A stretch of DNA of 64,000 nucleotides from Thermoanaerobaculia bacterium (GCA_963816185.1 CAWFJJ010000029.1:403353-467352), one strand, 5' to 3'. Positions 50,305-60,819 are shown, counted from the stretch's first letter. Numbers and translations are program-made. Notes: a model not told the origin generated them from the letters alone.

Positions 50305-50798
50305 CCGCAGAGCCCTGCAATTCCCGTTGCACCCGTACAGCCGAGCCGAGGGCGAGGCCGAAGAGGCGGGTGGCGCGTTGGAGGGCGGGAGTGCCGCCGG
50401 AGGACTGGCACGCCGGGTCGGCCGAGAGGTACGCATGAATGGCTCCCGCCCGGCAGACTCGTCTACGGGGCCGGGATCAAAATGCCCTCGGCCGCGTCGA
50501 GAAAGAGGCGGATTGGCGCCGGTTTCTATCGCTGGAGCCCCCCGGCAATTCCCATTGCGCCCCTACACTCCTTGAGATCGAGCGGCGCGGTCTCGCCGAG
50601 TACGAGGCCGCCTTGATCTCACTCGACCTTGACGCCCGAGAGCTCGTCGAGCTCGAACTGATCCCACGGCAGCGAAGACATGTCGCGGGGCTCTCCGGCA
50701 TGCTCATTCATCTCCCGGCATAACTCTTGTCTCCGCGTGCCGCAGCGCGCCACGTTTCCACCCCTACACCCCACGGCAATTCCCATTGCTTCCCTACA
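50305..50798 (-). repeat. three IS481-like terminal repeats and a truncated transposase 5' end
   Basis: Repeats end at 50339, 50567 and 50798, plus a cccctaca stub at 50761-50768. Bases 50340-50436 are a decayed transposase start. Confidence 0.8.
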
Positions 50799-50823
50799 GT
50801 CCACCTCAACCTGCGGATCCGCC

Positions 50824-51360
50824 CTATTTCGACGGCTCCACGCCGAGCGCGAACGTCAGGTCGAAGGCCTCGGTATTGGGCGAGCGTTTGGCCGACGCGT
50901 TTCTTGTCGCGTACGCGCCCTCGATGCGCTTGCCATCGTTCTTCGTCAGCTTGAGGTTCGCCGCGTCGGTGCGCGAGTGCGTGCCACCGGCGTCGAACAC
51001 CTGGACGTTGTAGGGCGTGCCGTCGTACTTGATCTTCAACTCGACCAGGGTGGTGAAGCCCTTGCCGACCTGGTGGGTCAGCTCGCGACATGGATTGGCT
51101 GCCGCCTTGAGCGCGGCCTTGTCCATCTGGCCGTTCGAGAACGCCACCACCGTGATGAGTTTGCCGTCGTTGAGGATGTCGTCTTCGGTGCACGCGTACG
51201 AATCTGTCAGCGCGACAGGCTTGCCGTGGTTGTAGTACGTGCTTTCGGCGGCGGAGGCCGGCGCGGCCACCATCAATACGGCAATCGCACACTCGAAGAC
51301 AAACACCCTCCGGGTCGGAAGCGTCATGATCCGATCCCTCCTTCTCGCGATGCGGCTCAT
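50824..51360 (-). CDS. secreted hypothetical protein, duplicated cargo copy 1
   Basis: Near-identical to 58608-59144; signal-like VLMVAAPASA. Confidence 0.75.
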   Translation of the reverse strand: MSRIARRRDRIMTLPTRRVFVFECAIAVLMVAAPASAAESTYYNHGKPVALTDSYACTEDDILNDGKLITVVAFSNGQMDKAALKAAANPCRELTHQVGKGFTTLVELKIKYDGTPYNVQVFDAGGTHSRTDAANLKLTKNDGKRIEGAYATRNASAKRSPNTEAFDLTFALGVEPSK

Positions 51361-51413
51361 GATAGCAGCTGGGCCTGCTGGATTCGGTCGCGCGAAGCGC
51401 GCGTGATGGCTCG

Positions 51414-52237
51414 AAATGCGCCGGTCGTCCATGCCTCCGCGCGGCTTTCGAGACGAACCGGGCGATCTCAAACGCGGAGGCCTCCTTGGAAAACACCCTG
51501 GCCGAGAGCGGCATTCGCGAGACCGCATCGAAGACGACGGCGACCTTGAAAGCCACGATCCCGAACAGGCCCTTCACATCCGTCAGGTCAACCATCCAGA
51601 CGTGATTCGGGCGCTTTGCCCTCACGGCTCGCAGAACCATCGAGGCCTTCTCCGGCACCCGCGACACCGGCCAGCGCTCTTTGCGGATTCGTCCTACCGT
51701 CCGCGCTGAGAGCTTCCAGCCCGCGCGCGCCAGAGTCCGTGCGATCAGATCGTTTCCACCGAAGCCGGCCAGCTCCATCGTCTTCACCAGCGCCCTCACG
51801 ACGTCCGCGAAGCGCCGGACGGGAGGATTCGGTGCGACCAGGGGACGTGGGGTCACGCCATCGTCGCTGGTCGTCTCCATCTCCCACCGAGCGATCGTCT
51901 CGACCGACACTCGAAGCATGGCCGCCGTTTCACGTTGCGATAGGCCGAGGAAACTCCGGATGCGCAGGATTCGGAACCGCTGCTCCGGCCCGTAGTGCGG
52001 GCGCTGACGCTCGGGAACCTTGTCCCATCTCGCCCCGAGGATCCCGGCAGCCTCGCGCATCATCCTGAGGAGCAGCGCCTGCTCCTCGGCCCTTTCGAAC
52101 ATCTTCGCCACTGTCGCACCCGTGTCGCGCAGCTTCCCGAGGGCGGACCCGAGTGACAGACCGGGGAGGTGGGCGGCGCGCAGCAGGGCAGGCAGGGCTG
52201 AAGAACTGCTGCCCCGCGGCGGCCGGCAAGAGCGCAT
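51414..52237 (-). pseudogene. IS481/IS3-like rve transposase, C-terminally truncated
   Basis: HTH (SQRETAAMLRVSVETIARWE), RPNHVWMVDLT, VFDAVSR; breaks at PAHF before the second catalytic Asp. Confidence 0.85.
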
Positions 52238-52330
52238 GAAGGGCCCCCGTCCGGCCAGCATGCCCGGGTACGGGGCGGAATCAAAACGCCCCGGCCGGGG
52301 CGAGAAAGGGGCAGAATGGCCGCAGTCTTA

Positions 52331-52400
52331 CGCTCCACAGGCCCCCGGCAATTCCCATTGCGCCCCTACAGCCCCCGGTAATTCCCACTGCGCCCCGACA
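52331..52400 (-). repeat. tandem IS481-like terminal repeats
   Basis: Two head-to-tail copies ending at 52370 and 52400. Confidence 0.85.
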
Positions 52401-52518
52401 CAGGCTGACAGCTTTTCATTCCCGTTTGCGCCTTTAAGGAGCGAGGCCAAAGAAGGGCACCGAGAATGCGACTTCCGAAACGACCTCAAGACGGCCTCAG
52501 AAAGGAAGGCGAATCGTA

Positions 52519-52662
52519 ATGAAGAAGACTACGAAGAAGAACCCGTCGAAGGCGTCTCAGCGGAAGGTGATCGAGGACCTCGAGGTCAAGCCCAACAAGG
52601 GTGGGGCAGTTCGGGGCGGGGCGGGCGGGACACAACTCGAATACCGCAAAGGAAAGATCTAA
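52519..52662 (+). CDS. 47-aa peptide with double-glycine-like leader (not in ORF track)
   Basis: AAAGGAAGG Shine-Dalgarno; MKKTTKKNPSKASQRKVIEDLEVKPNKGGAVRGG-AGGTQLEYRKGKI; followed by an attC-like site. Confidence 0.6.
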   Translation: MKKTTKKNPSKASQRKVIEDLEVKPNKGGAVRGGAGGTQLEYRKGKI

Positions 52663-52701
52663 ACCTGCAAGGGAGGCCTCCGGCAGCACCTCCAGCTCGA
52701 C

Positions 52702-52772
52702 CGCCAACGGCCGCCCGGTCGGTGCAGCAGCGGACTCGCTGCGCTCGCCGCTGAACTCGATATTTATTAGAC
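52702..52772 (+). other. attC-like site, opposite orientation to the 47-49 kb array
   Basis: CGCCAAC...gcagcggactcgctgcgctcgccgctgaactcgatat..ATTAGAC; same core sequence, degenerate R' box. Confidence 0.7.
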
Positions 52773-52886
52773 GGCCTCGCACTTTGGGGCAAGAGCGGGC
52801 CGTTCGTTACGATCGGCCGGAGGCAAGACTAAAACTCAGGTTGACCTCAATCGAGATGGGTTGGAAATTGCAAAAGGAGGGTCGCT

Positions 52887-53372
52887 ATGGTAGGCAGTTT
52901 CCTATTGACGATGGAGTTGACTAAACATGGTCACGTAAGAGGGTCCAGCACAAAACGCGAGGGCGGTTTAGATTACTCAAAAGGTGTGATGTGTCACTCG
53001 TTCAGCCAGTCATTAGCCTCACCAGTCGATTCTAGCTCTGGCAGTGTGACAGGCAAGAGGACGCACAGACCGATCACGGTTACAAAAGATGTCGATGCGG
53101 CCTCGCCGATACTCTTTCAGGCGTTGTGCACAAACGAAGGATTTACCAAGGTTAGATTCCACTTTACCTCGGACCCTGACGGGCAGCCATGCCCTGGTCG
53201 CACCATCGAGCTAAGCGTCGGCAGGATCCTCAGCATCAGGCCTGTGACGCATCCCACAGGGAAAAAGGGCGAGCAAGTGACGCTGACATATGAGGGCTTG
53301 CTCGTCAACGGGATACCCAGCGATGACATACCCTATGTTTATTTCTCTTTCAGCGGTGGGCGTCGTAAGTGA
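52887..53372 (+). CDS. hcp: Hcp/TssD-like tube protein, orphan
   Basis: AAGGAGG Shine-Dalgarno; SP.D..SG..TGKRTH.PITVTK.VD.ASP.LFQALCTNE, E.VTLTY. Confidence 0.8.
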   Translation: MVGSFLLTMELTKHGHVRGSSTKREGGLDYSKGVMCHSFSQSLASPVDSSSGSVTGKRTHRPITVTKDVDAASPILFQALCTNEGFTKVRFHFTSDPDGQPCPGRTIELSVGRILSIRPVTHPTGKKGEQVTLTYEGLLVNGIPSDDIPYVYFSFSGGRRK

Positions 53373-53541
53373 ACTGGGCAGTGTCGAAGCGGCGAAACGT
53401 CCTCAACCGACCGTCATTAACGCAGAAGCATTTGGTTTCATCTGTAGGGACGCAATGGGAAATGCCGGGGGCTATGGCGCGCACAGACCAGGGTCATGCC
53501 CTGGGTTTCCTTCTGAATCCCGTCCCGCAGATGTGTAGGGG

Positions 53542-53892
53542 TGTAGGGGTGCAATGGGAATTGCCGGGGGGGTGTGGCGCGTGAAACCGGAGCCATTCCG
53601 CCCTTTTCTCGCTGCGGCCCCGGCAGAGGTCTACTTCGGACGGACGCCATCCCACCTTTCGGCGATCCCACCTCCGCGCGGCAGGCCGGGCGAAGGCCCG
53701 ATGGATTCACCGTTTCGCGTCGAGTATCTCGATGCGGAGCGGATGCTGCCGATACTGGTTCGAAAAGCAGCCTGAAGGGTGGTCGCCCTGGGAAAGCGTC
53801 GGTCGAGGTGTGCGCGCACGGAGGTGTCGTAGTGACCCAGAGGCTGGCCCGTCCCCGCCAGCGCACGCCGCAATTCCCATTGCGCCCCTACA
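53542..53892 (+). mobile_element. non-autonomous ~350-bp internal-deletion derivative of the IS481-like element
   Basis: TGTAGGGG...CCCCTACA ends enclose only the transposase 3' tip (PAEVYFGRTP...VRKAA). An extra repeat sits at 53443 and an octamer stub at 53534. Confidence 0.85.
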
Positions 53893-54225
53893 CCCCGCGA
53901 CGGTTAAGACGAGCCGGTTCGCCCGCCGTCGTCCGACCTCGAGCGCTCGGTAGTCCCGGACCACAGCGCTCGGAGCCATCCAGCCGACTCTAGGCTGCTC
54001 GAGCACCGCGTTTACATCCTCCGAAGGGACCATAAGGCCACAGAACGGGCTTTCCGGGGACAAAGAGGACCATCCTGCGAGGCGGAAGTGGACGTCTTCG
54101 CGCGGGCGCAGGCGCTCCGCTCGCGCGCCGAGGTCCTCCAGAAGGAAGAGCTGGCGCTCAGGGAGCGGTACGGGCTGAAGCGCTGAGACGGCGACGCGGT
54201 CCCGACATAAACTCCGCCGACATTC

Positions 54226-56637
54226 ATGACGACGAACGATTCAGGCGGTCTGCCCTCCGACGCGGAGCCGACCGTCGACCGTGATCCGTCGCATCCGCCT
54301 GCGGTCGCGGCTACCTTGTCGCTGCCGAGCGAGATCGGGGGGTTCCGCATCCTCGCGAAGCTCGGCGAGGGCGGAATGGGCATCGTCTACGAGGCCGAGC
54401 AGCAGAGCCCGCATCGGAGAGTCGCCCTCAAGGTCGTGCGCGGCGGGCACTTCGTCGACGACCAGTACCTCCGGATGTTCCGGCGCGAGACCGAGACGCT
54501 GGCCCGGCTCACTCACCCGAACATCGCGGCGCTCTACGAGGCAGGGCGCACGGATGACGGTCAGCACTTCTTCACGATGGAGCTGGTCCTCGGCGAGACG
54601 CTCGCGGCGTGGGCCAGGAAGAACCTCGGCGGCGACGCGCCCAGTCCTTCGCAGATCCGAGAGCGCCTGCGCCAGTTCGTCGCCATCTGCCAGGCCGTCA
54701 ACTACGCGCACCAGCGCGGCGTCATCCACCGCGACTTGAAGCCCTCGAACATCGTTGTGACGGACGCGGGCGCCAAGATCCTCGACTTCGGACTCGCGCG
54801 CATCACGGACGCGGACGTGGCGGCTGCCACGGTGATGAGCGAGGTCGGCGCGATCCAGGGAACGCTGCCGTACATGAGCCCGGAGCAGGCACGCGGTGAC
54901 AGCCGGGACGTCGACCTCCGGACCGACGTCTACTCGCTCGGCGTCGTCCTCTACGAGCTGCTCTCGGGGATTCTGCCCTACAGCACGCGGGCCATGCCGG
55001 TGGTGCAGGCGATTCGCGTCATCTGCGAGGAGCCGCCCAAGTCGCTCGACCTCGATACCGACCTCCAAACGATCGTGATGAAGGCGCTCGAGAAGGAGCC
55101 GGACGGCCGCTACCAGAGCGCCGCGGCCCTCGCCGAGGACGTCGAGCGGTACCTCGCGGACCAGCCGATCCTCGCGCACCCTCCGAGCACGCTTTACCAG
55201 CTGAAGAAGCTGGTCGCCCGGCACACGGCGAGCTTCGTTGCGGCGGGCGTGATCGCGATCCTGCTCGTGACGCTGGGCGTGACGATGGTCGTGCAGGCCG
55301 GGCGCGTGAGAAAGGAGCGGGACCGGGCGACGGCCGAGGCCGCGAAGGCGAGCGCGATCAACGCGTTCCTCCTCGACGCGCTGGGCGCGGCCGACCCGTG
55401 GTCGAAAGGCTCGCGCAACGTGTCGCTCCTCGACGCGCTGCGTCAGGCGCAGGACAAGGCGGTGACGTCTTTCGCGGGCCAGCCGCTCGTCGAGGCGTCC
55501 GTGCTCCAGACGATCGGGACGACGTTCTCGAACCTCGCGGATTTCCCCGAGGCGGAGAAGGCGCTGAAGGCGGCGCTCGCGCTGCGCGTGAAATCGGCAG
55601 GGCCGAAGAGCGCCGAGGCCGGCGAATCGCACGCGGCGCTTTCGGGCATGTACTCGCTCTGGCGGAAGTTCGACGATGCGGAGACGCATGCCCGCGAGTC
55701 GCTCGACATCACACGCGAGCGCCACGGGGCCGCGAGCCTCGACGCCGCCGCGGCGATGAACGAACTCGGAATGGCGCTCGTCGGAAAGACGAAGGTCGGG
55801 GAGGCGAAGGCCATCGGCGGGGTGATGATGAAGATCGTGACGAGCGGGCGCCGCGGCGCGCCGGAGCCCGGAAGACCGGATCCGGCGAAGGTCGAGGTGG
55901 ACGCGCTCCTCATCCTCTTCCAGGCCGCGCTCGCCGAGGAGGACTATCCAACTGCCCTCGCGCTCGCCCGCCAGCGGCTGGCGCTTTCGAAGAAGAGAGT
56001 CGGAGACCGCCACCCGGAATTCGCACAGGCCCTGAACGACGTCGCCCTCGGCCAGATGTATACGGGCGACCTCCCGGGCGCCGAGCGCACGTATCTCGAG
56101 GTCATCGACCTGGACATCGCGCTTTTCGGCGAGGACCACCCGGAGGTCGCGTCCGCGCGCGAGAACCTCGGGAACGTCTATTTTCGCGGCGGCGAGCTGG
56201 ACAAGACCGCGAAGAACCTCGAGGTTGTCCTCGCGATGCGAAGGAAGGCGCTCGGCGACGACTCGGAGCCCGTGGCGCAAACGATGGCGAACATGGCCAC
56301 GGTCTACTGGAAAGCCGGAAACGACGAGGCGGCCGTGAAGAACTACCGCGAAGCGATCGATCGTCTCTCGCAGAAGCTCGGGCCCGAGCATCTCTACGTC
56401 GGGAGGCTCCTCGGGGGCATGGGCGACTCGCTCCGGAAGCTCGGGAAGTACCCGGAGAGCGAGGCCGCGCTCGAGCGCTCGCTCGACATCCAGGTGAAGG
56501 CGGTCGGCGAGGACAACGTGGCGACGCAGAGGACGATCAAGTCGCTCGCCGCGCTCTACGCCGACTGGAAAAAACCCGCCCAGGCGGCCACATACACCGC
56601 GAGGCTGAAGCCGGAGGGGAAGGCGGCGGGAAAGTAG
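54226..56637 (+). CDS. Ser/Thr protein kinase with TM segment and TPR repeats
   Basis: GEGGMGIVY, VALK, HRDLKPSN, DFG, GTLPYMSPEQ; kinesin-light-chain-type TPRs (GEDHPEVA). Confidence 0.92.
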   Translation: MTTNDSGGLPSDAEPTVDRDPSHPPAVAATLSLPSEIGGFRILAKLGEGGMGIVYEAEQQSPHRRVALKVVRGGHFVDDQYLRMFRRETETLARLTHPNIAALYEAGRTDDGQHFFTMELVLGETLAAWARKNLGGDAPSPSQIRERLRQFVAICQAVNYAHQRGVIHRDLKPSNIVVTDAGAKILDFGLARITDADVAAATVMSEVGAIQGTLPYMSPEQARGDSRDVDLRTDVYSLGVVLYELLSGILPYSTRAMPVVQAIRVICEEPPKSLDLDTDLQTIVMKALEKEPDGRYQSAAALAEDVERYLADQPILAHPPSTLYQLKKLVARHTASFVAAGVIAILLVTLGVTMVVQAGRVRKERDRATAEAAKASAINAFLLDALGAADPWSKGSRNVSLLDALRQAQDKAVTSFAGQPLVEASVLQTIGTTFSNLADFPEAEKALKAALALRVKSAGPKSAEAGESHAALSGMYSLWRKFDDAETHARESLDITRERHGAASLDAAAAMNELGMALVGKTKVGEAKAIGGVMMKIVTSGRRGAPEPGRPDPAKVEVDALLILFQAALAEEDYPTALALARQRLALSKKRVGDRHPEFAQALNDVALGQMYTGDLPGAERTYLEVIDLDIALFGEDHPEVASARENLGNVYFRGGELDKTAKNLEVVLAMRRKALGDDSEPVAQTMANMATVYWKAGNDEAAVKNYREAIDRLSQKLGPEHLYVGRLLGGMGDSLRKLGKYPESEAALERSLDIQVKAVGEDNVATQRTIKSLAALYADWKKPAQAATYTARLKPEGKAAGK

Positions 56638-56916
56638 CGGCACTGGCGGCTGGAGTTACGCGCGCCTCCGGCCCTCATGCGGCGCCATCGTCAATGCCAG
56701 CCTCCGGACCACCGCGCTCTGAGCAACCCACCCGGGGATCAGAGAGGAAAGGGGCCGGTTTCTCGAACCTAGAACCTCCGAGCGGGTGTAGGGGTGCAAT
56801 GGGAATTGCGGTGGGCGCTGGCGCGACAGACCCAATTCATCTGGGGTGGCACTTTTCAGAGCCTCCCGACGCATGCCCCGCAACCGCTTCCATCCGAAGA
56901 GGATCTTGTCCTGAGA

Positions 56917-57190
56917 TCATTTGAAGTTCTCAGATTTTGACCTGAGAACAGTTCGTGTAGCCGACCGAGTGGGGAGCCAGGTTGATCTCTCAGAGCGTCG
57001 AGGAGAATGTATTCCCGGCGCTCTGAGTTTTTCTAGGACCTCTTCCGGCGCGGGTCTCCCGAGGATCGAGATCTCGAGCGCTTCTTCGGAGATCTTCACG
57101 TTCGCGATGACGAACCGGATCCCCTCGCGCTGCTGGTAGGGCGGCAACGTCTGGTACAGCGACCGGAACTTTCCGAGTGAAGCCAGCACC
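56917..57190 (-). pseudogene. C-terminal remnant of a probable large serine recombinase ending in WLP
   Basis: LGKF..LY.TL...QQRE.IRFVIANVKI....LEI, then TWLP over ggggagcca; truncated by the terminal repeat at 57191. Confidence 0.5.
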
Positions 57191-57320
57191 TGTAGGGGCG
57201 CAATGGGAATTGCGGCTCGCCCTGGCGCGCTGAAACCATCGTTTCGCGTCCTGCTCCTCCGCTCGGCACGCACACGTCGTCACACTCCAGCGCCCTTGGC
57301 TGGGCTTTCGTGACCGCCCT

Positions 57321-58566
57321 TCAGGCTGCTTTTCGAACCAGAACCGGCAGCAGCCGTTCCGCATCGAGATACTCGATGCGAAACGGTGAATCCATCGGGC
57401 CTTCGCCCGGCCTGCCGCGCGGAGGCGGGATCGCTGACAGATGCGACGGCGTCCGGCCGAAGTAGATCTCCGCCGGCGTCGCACCGCCGAGCGCCTGATG
57501 CGGGCGGAAGTGCGCGTAGTGGACGAGGCCGAGCTCGACCGTCGCGGCGAGATCTTCCGCTGCCGAGGGCCGCAGCAGGCGCAGGCCGAGCGTGTCCTTC
57601 AGCGTCCTCCACAGCCTCTCGATCAGAGCGATCGAGCCCTTCTTACCGACCGCTCCGAACCTCTGCTTCACCCCGAGCCATAGCAGCTTCCGGCGAAAGA
57701 TCTGGCCCGTGAAGCAGCGGGCCTCGATCCGAAACGAAGTGCGCCGGCCGCCCATGCCTCTTCGCCGCCCTCGAGACAAACCGGGCGATCTCACGGCGAA
57801 GAAGCCTCCTTGGAGAACACCCTGACCGAGAGTGGCATTCGCGAGAACGCATCGAAGACGACCGCGACCTTGAACGTCACGATCCCGAACAGGCCTTTCA
57901 CGTCCGTCAGATCCACCATCCAGACGTGATTCGGGCGCTTTGCCCTCACGGCTCGCGGAGACCGTCGAGGCTGCTTCCGGGACGCGCGGCACTGGCCAGC
58001 GCTCCTTGCGGATCCGTCCCTACCGTCCGTGCCGACAGCTTCCAGCCCGCGCGGGCCAGCGTCCGTGCGATCAGATCGTTTCCACCGAACCCGGCCAGCT
58101 CCATCGTCTTGACCACGGCTCTGACCACGTCGGCGAAGCGCCGGACGGGAGGATTCGGTGCAACCAGGGGACGTGGGGCCTCTCCGTCGGCGCTCGTCGT
58201 CTCCATCTCCCACCGTGCGATCGTCTCGACCGACACTCGAAACATCGCCGCCGTCTCGCGTTGCGACAGGCCGAGGAAACTCCTGATCCGCAGGATCCGG
58301 AAGCGCTGCTCTGGCGCGTAATGCGGGCGATGGCGTTCGGGCACCTTGTCCCAGCGCGCCCCGAGGATCGCAGCAGCCTCGCGCGTCATCCTGAGGAGCA
58401 GGGCCTGCTCCTCGGCCTTTTCGAACATCCTCGCCGCCGTCACACCCGAGTCGCGCAGCTTCCCGAGCGCCGAGCCGAGGGCGAGGCCGAAGAGGTGCGA
58501 GGCGCGCAGGAGGGCGGGCAGCGCCGCCGGAGAACTGCCGCCTCGCGGCGGTCGGGAAGAGTGCAT
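57321..58566 (-). pseudogene. IS481/IS3-like rve transposase, full span but frameshifted
   Basis: VWMVDLT, FVSDRG, IERLWRTLK, RPHQALGGATP distributed over several frames. Confidence 0.88.
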
Positions 58567-58607
58567 GAAGGGCCCCCGCCCGGCCAGAATGCCCGTCTAC
58601 GGGGCCC

Positions 58608-59144
58608 CTATTTCGACGGCTCCACGCCGAGCGCGAACGTCAGGTCGAAGGCCTCGGTATTGGGCGAGCGTTTGGCCGATGCGTTTCTTGTCGCGTACGC
58701 GCCCTCGATGCGCTTGCCATCGTTCTTCGTCAGCTTGAGGTTCGCCGCGTCGGTGCGCGAGTGCGTGCCGCCGGCGTCGAACACCTGGACGTTGTAGGGC
58801 GTGCCGTCGTACTTGATCTTCAGCTCGACCAGCGTGGTGAAGCCCTTGCCGACCTGGTGGGTCAGCTCACGACATGGATTGGCTGCCGCCTTGAGCGCGG
58901 CCTTGTCCATCGGGCCGTTCGAGAACGCCACCACCGTGATGAGTTTGCCGTCGTTGAGGATGTCGTCTTCGGTGCACGCGTACGAATCCGTCAGCGCGAC
59001 AGGCTTGCCGTGGTTGTAGTACGTGCTTGGGGCAGCGGAGGCCGGCGCGGCCACCATCAATACGGCCATCGCACACTCGAAGACAAACACCGTCCGTCTC
59101 GGAAGCGTCATGATCAGATCCCTCCTTCTCGCGATGCGGCTCAT
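58608..59144 (-). CDS. secreted hypothetical protein, duplicated cargo copy 2
   Basis: Near-identical to 50824-51360. Confidence 0.75.
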   Translation of the reverse strand: MSRIARRRDLIMTLPRRTVFVFECAMAVLMVAAPASAAPSTYYNHGKPVALTDSYACTEDDILNDGKLITVVAFSNGPMDKAALKAAANPCRELTHQVGKGFTTLVELKIKYDGTPYNVQVFDAGGTHSRTDAANLKLTKNDGKRIEGAYATRNASAKRSPNTEAFDLTFALGVEPSK

Positions 59145-59220
59145 GATAGCAGCAGGGCCTGCAGGTTCAGACCATTCTGGAGCTCGCGAATCGCGTCGTT
59201 ATGAGCGCACGACGAATGGA

Positions 59221-59922
59221 TCAATTCTCCTTGCCGACGAGTTGTACGGCGTCGATTTCGTTCCAGCCAGGCACGACGTTTGTCGCGAGCGTGACCTTGA
59301 TGCGGTCAGTCTTGTAGGTCGTCTTCGCGAACTTAAGGAGGAGGTAGTTCAGGTCCTTGGTCGGGTCGTTGCCTGCCCAGACCACGTGAGGCGTGCCCTT
59401 TTCGTCGAAGAGTTCCACCCTGATGACGGCGCCCGATCCACAGGATTCGCGGATTCGCGCTTCAGTGGCAAAGATCGGTTTCGGGAATGTCAGCTCCAAC
59501 CATTCGATGCCGCCATCTGGGGTCTTCGGTGCCCAGGCCCTCCCGTCGTCTCCGTACTTCTCTACGTTGGGTGCGCCAGTGGCCTGATTGGCCGACCATG
59601 CCGCGGCGCCTTGAGCATCGTTATAGGACGAGGATGCCTTGGCCTGGATGGCCCACTGGCCGTCGGGATCGTTCTTGATGGCGTCCTGCTTGAGCGCCCA
59701 TTCAGCGCCTGCCATCTTCGCCGTGGTCTCCGCCCCGGCTCCTCCGAGACCAGCCTCAGTGTTTCCGGGGGACGCCGCGACGGGGGCCGGTGCGGGCGCC
59801 GAAGAGTTCACCGCCGGACTGCTCGTCACCGGGGCAGCCGTTTCTGGACCCTTGCGGCAACCAGCGACGAGTAGGCACGCGAAAACAACGGCGGCGGGCC
59901 GGTGCCGAAGACGATCGTTCAT
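59221..59922 (-). CDS. lipoprotein with discoidin/galactose-binding-like domain
   Basis: Lipobox LVAGC; QWA..A.ASS.Y, ATGAPN, AWAP, EWLEL.F, WNEIDAVQL. Confidence 0.7.
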   Translation of the reverse strand: MNDRLRHRPAAVVFACLLVAGCRKGPETAAPVTSSPAVNSSAPAPAPVAASPGNTEAGLGGAGAETTAKMAGAEWALKQDAIKNDPDGQWAIQAKASSSYNDAQGAAAWSANQATGAPNVEKYGDDGRAWAPKTPDGGIEWLELTFPKPIFATEARIRESCGSGAVIRVELFDEKGTPHVVWAGNDPTKDLNYLLLKFAKTTYKTDRIKVTLATNVVPGWNEIDAVQLVGKEN

Positions 59923-60267
59923 GTTCGTTCTCCTCTTCGAAATCGAGAGGCATTCTAGCCGACGAAGAAACATGAAAGGCCCCGCCGGGCCAGAATGCCC
60001 GTCTACCGGGCGGGTTCAAGACACCTCGGCGGCACCGAGAAAGAGACAGAATGGCTCCGGTTTCACGCTCCACAGGCCCCCGGCAATTCCCATTGCACCC
60101 CTATAGGACCCGGCAATTCCCATTGCGCCACTACAGCATGCTCCTTCTCGAGTGCGTCCTCACGCTCACGGTCACGGAGACGTTCGGAAAGGCCGCGCCG
60201 GCCTAGGCCCCGGAAGACGTCTGGGGCAGCATCGAGCTCCAGAATGCGATGATAGGATTCGTCCGTC

Positions 60268-60540
60268 ATGGGAAGCCTCGAAAAGAAGGCACAGGACGTC
60301 GTTCTGGACTCGATCAATGACGGGGTTTTCACCGTCGACAAGGAGCGCAAGATCAGCTCCTTCAATCGCGCTGCCGAGCGCATCACGGGAGTGTCCAAGA
60401 CGAGGCGATCGGCCACCATTGTTGGGAGGTCTTTCGGGGAAGTCATTGTGCAGACGACTGCTCGCTGAGACAGACCATGGACACGGGACGTCCGGCCGTC
60501 AACAAGCTCGTCTACATCACGGACGCGACCCCTCGAATGA
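60268..60540 (+). pseudogene. PAS-domain fragment of a sensor/regulator
   Basis: LDSINDGVFTVD....FNRAAERITG, then frameshift and truncation. Confidence 0.6.
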
Positions 60541-60819
60541 ACATTCTTGACCCCTTCCCGAAATGCGCATTCTAGAAGCGCGTCGACGAGGTCTCGGACG
60601 GCGATGGCTATCCCTCGGTGAGCGACCGAACGGTCATCATCGGCCTCGGCTCGGCGGCGAAGGCTGACGCCGTCGACGTCCGCTAGCGGGACAGCACGAC
60701 AGATCTCCGAACGAGGGGCAGCCCGTCACGCGCGCCCAGCAGTTGCTGTGCTGCTTGAAGCGCGTCGGAAAGCGCCTGGCGCGGACCCTCCGACCTCACT
60801 TCGTCGCCTGAGCTGCGGT

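Larger units (their letters stand above)
57191..60104 (-). mobile_element. IS481-like element carrying two passenger genes
   Basis: Inverted ends TGTAGGGGCGCAATGGGAATTGC (57191) and GCAATTCCCATTGCACCCCTATA (60104); transposase plus two cargo ORFs inside. Confidence 0.8.

Noticed and set aside
50708-52261. 517-aa ORF as a transposase fusion protein
   Set aside because: After PAHF it reads out of frame through the cargo gene; this is chance read-through of a truncated transposase.
52887-53372. Type VI secretion locus
   Set aside because: Only Hcp is present; no sheath, baseplate, VgrG or ClpV genes are in the window.
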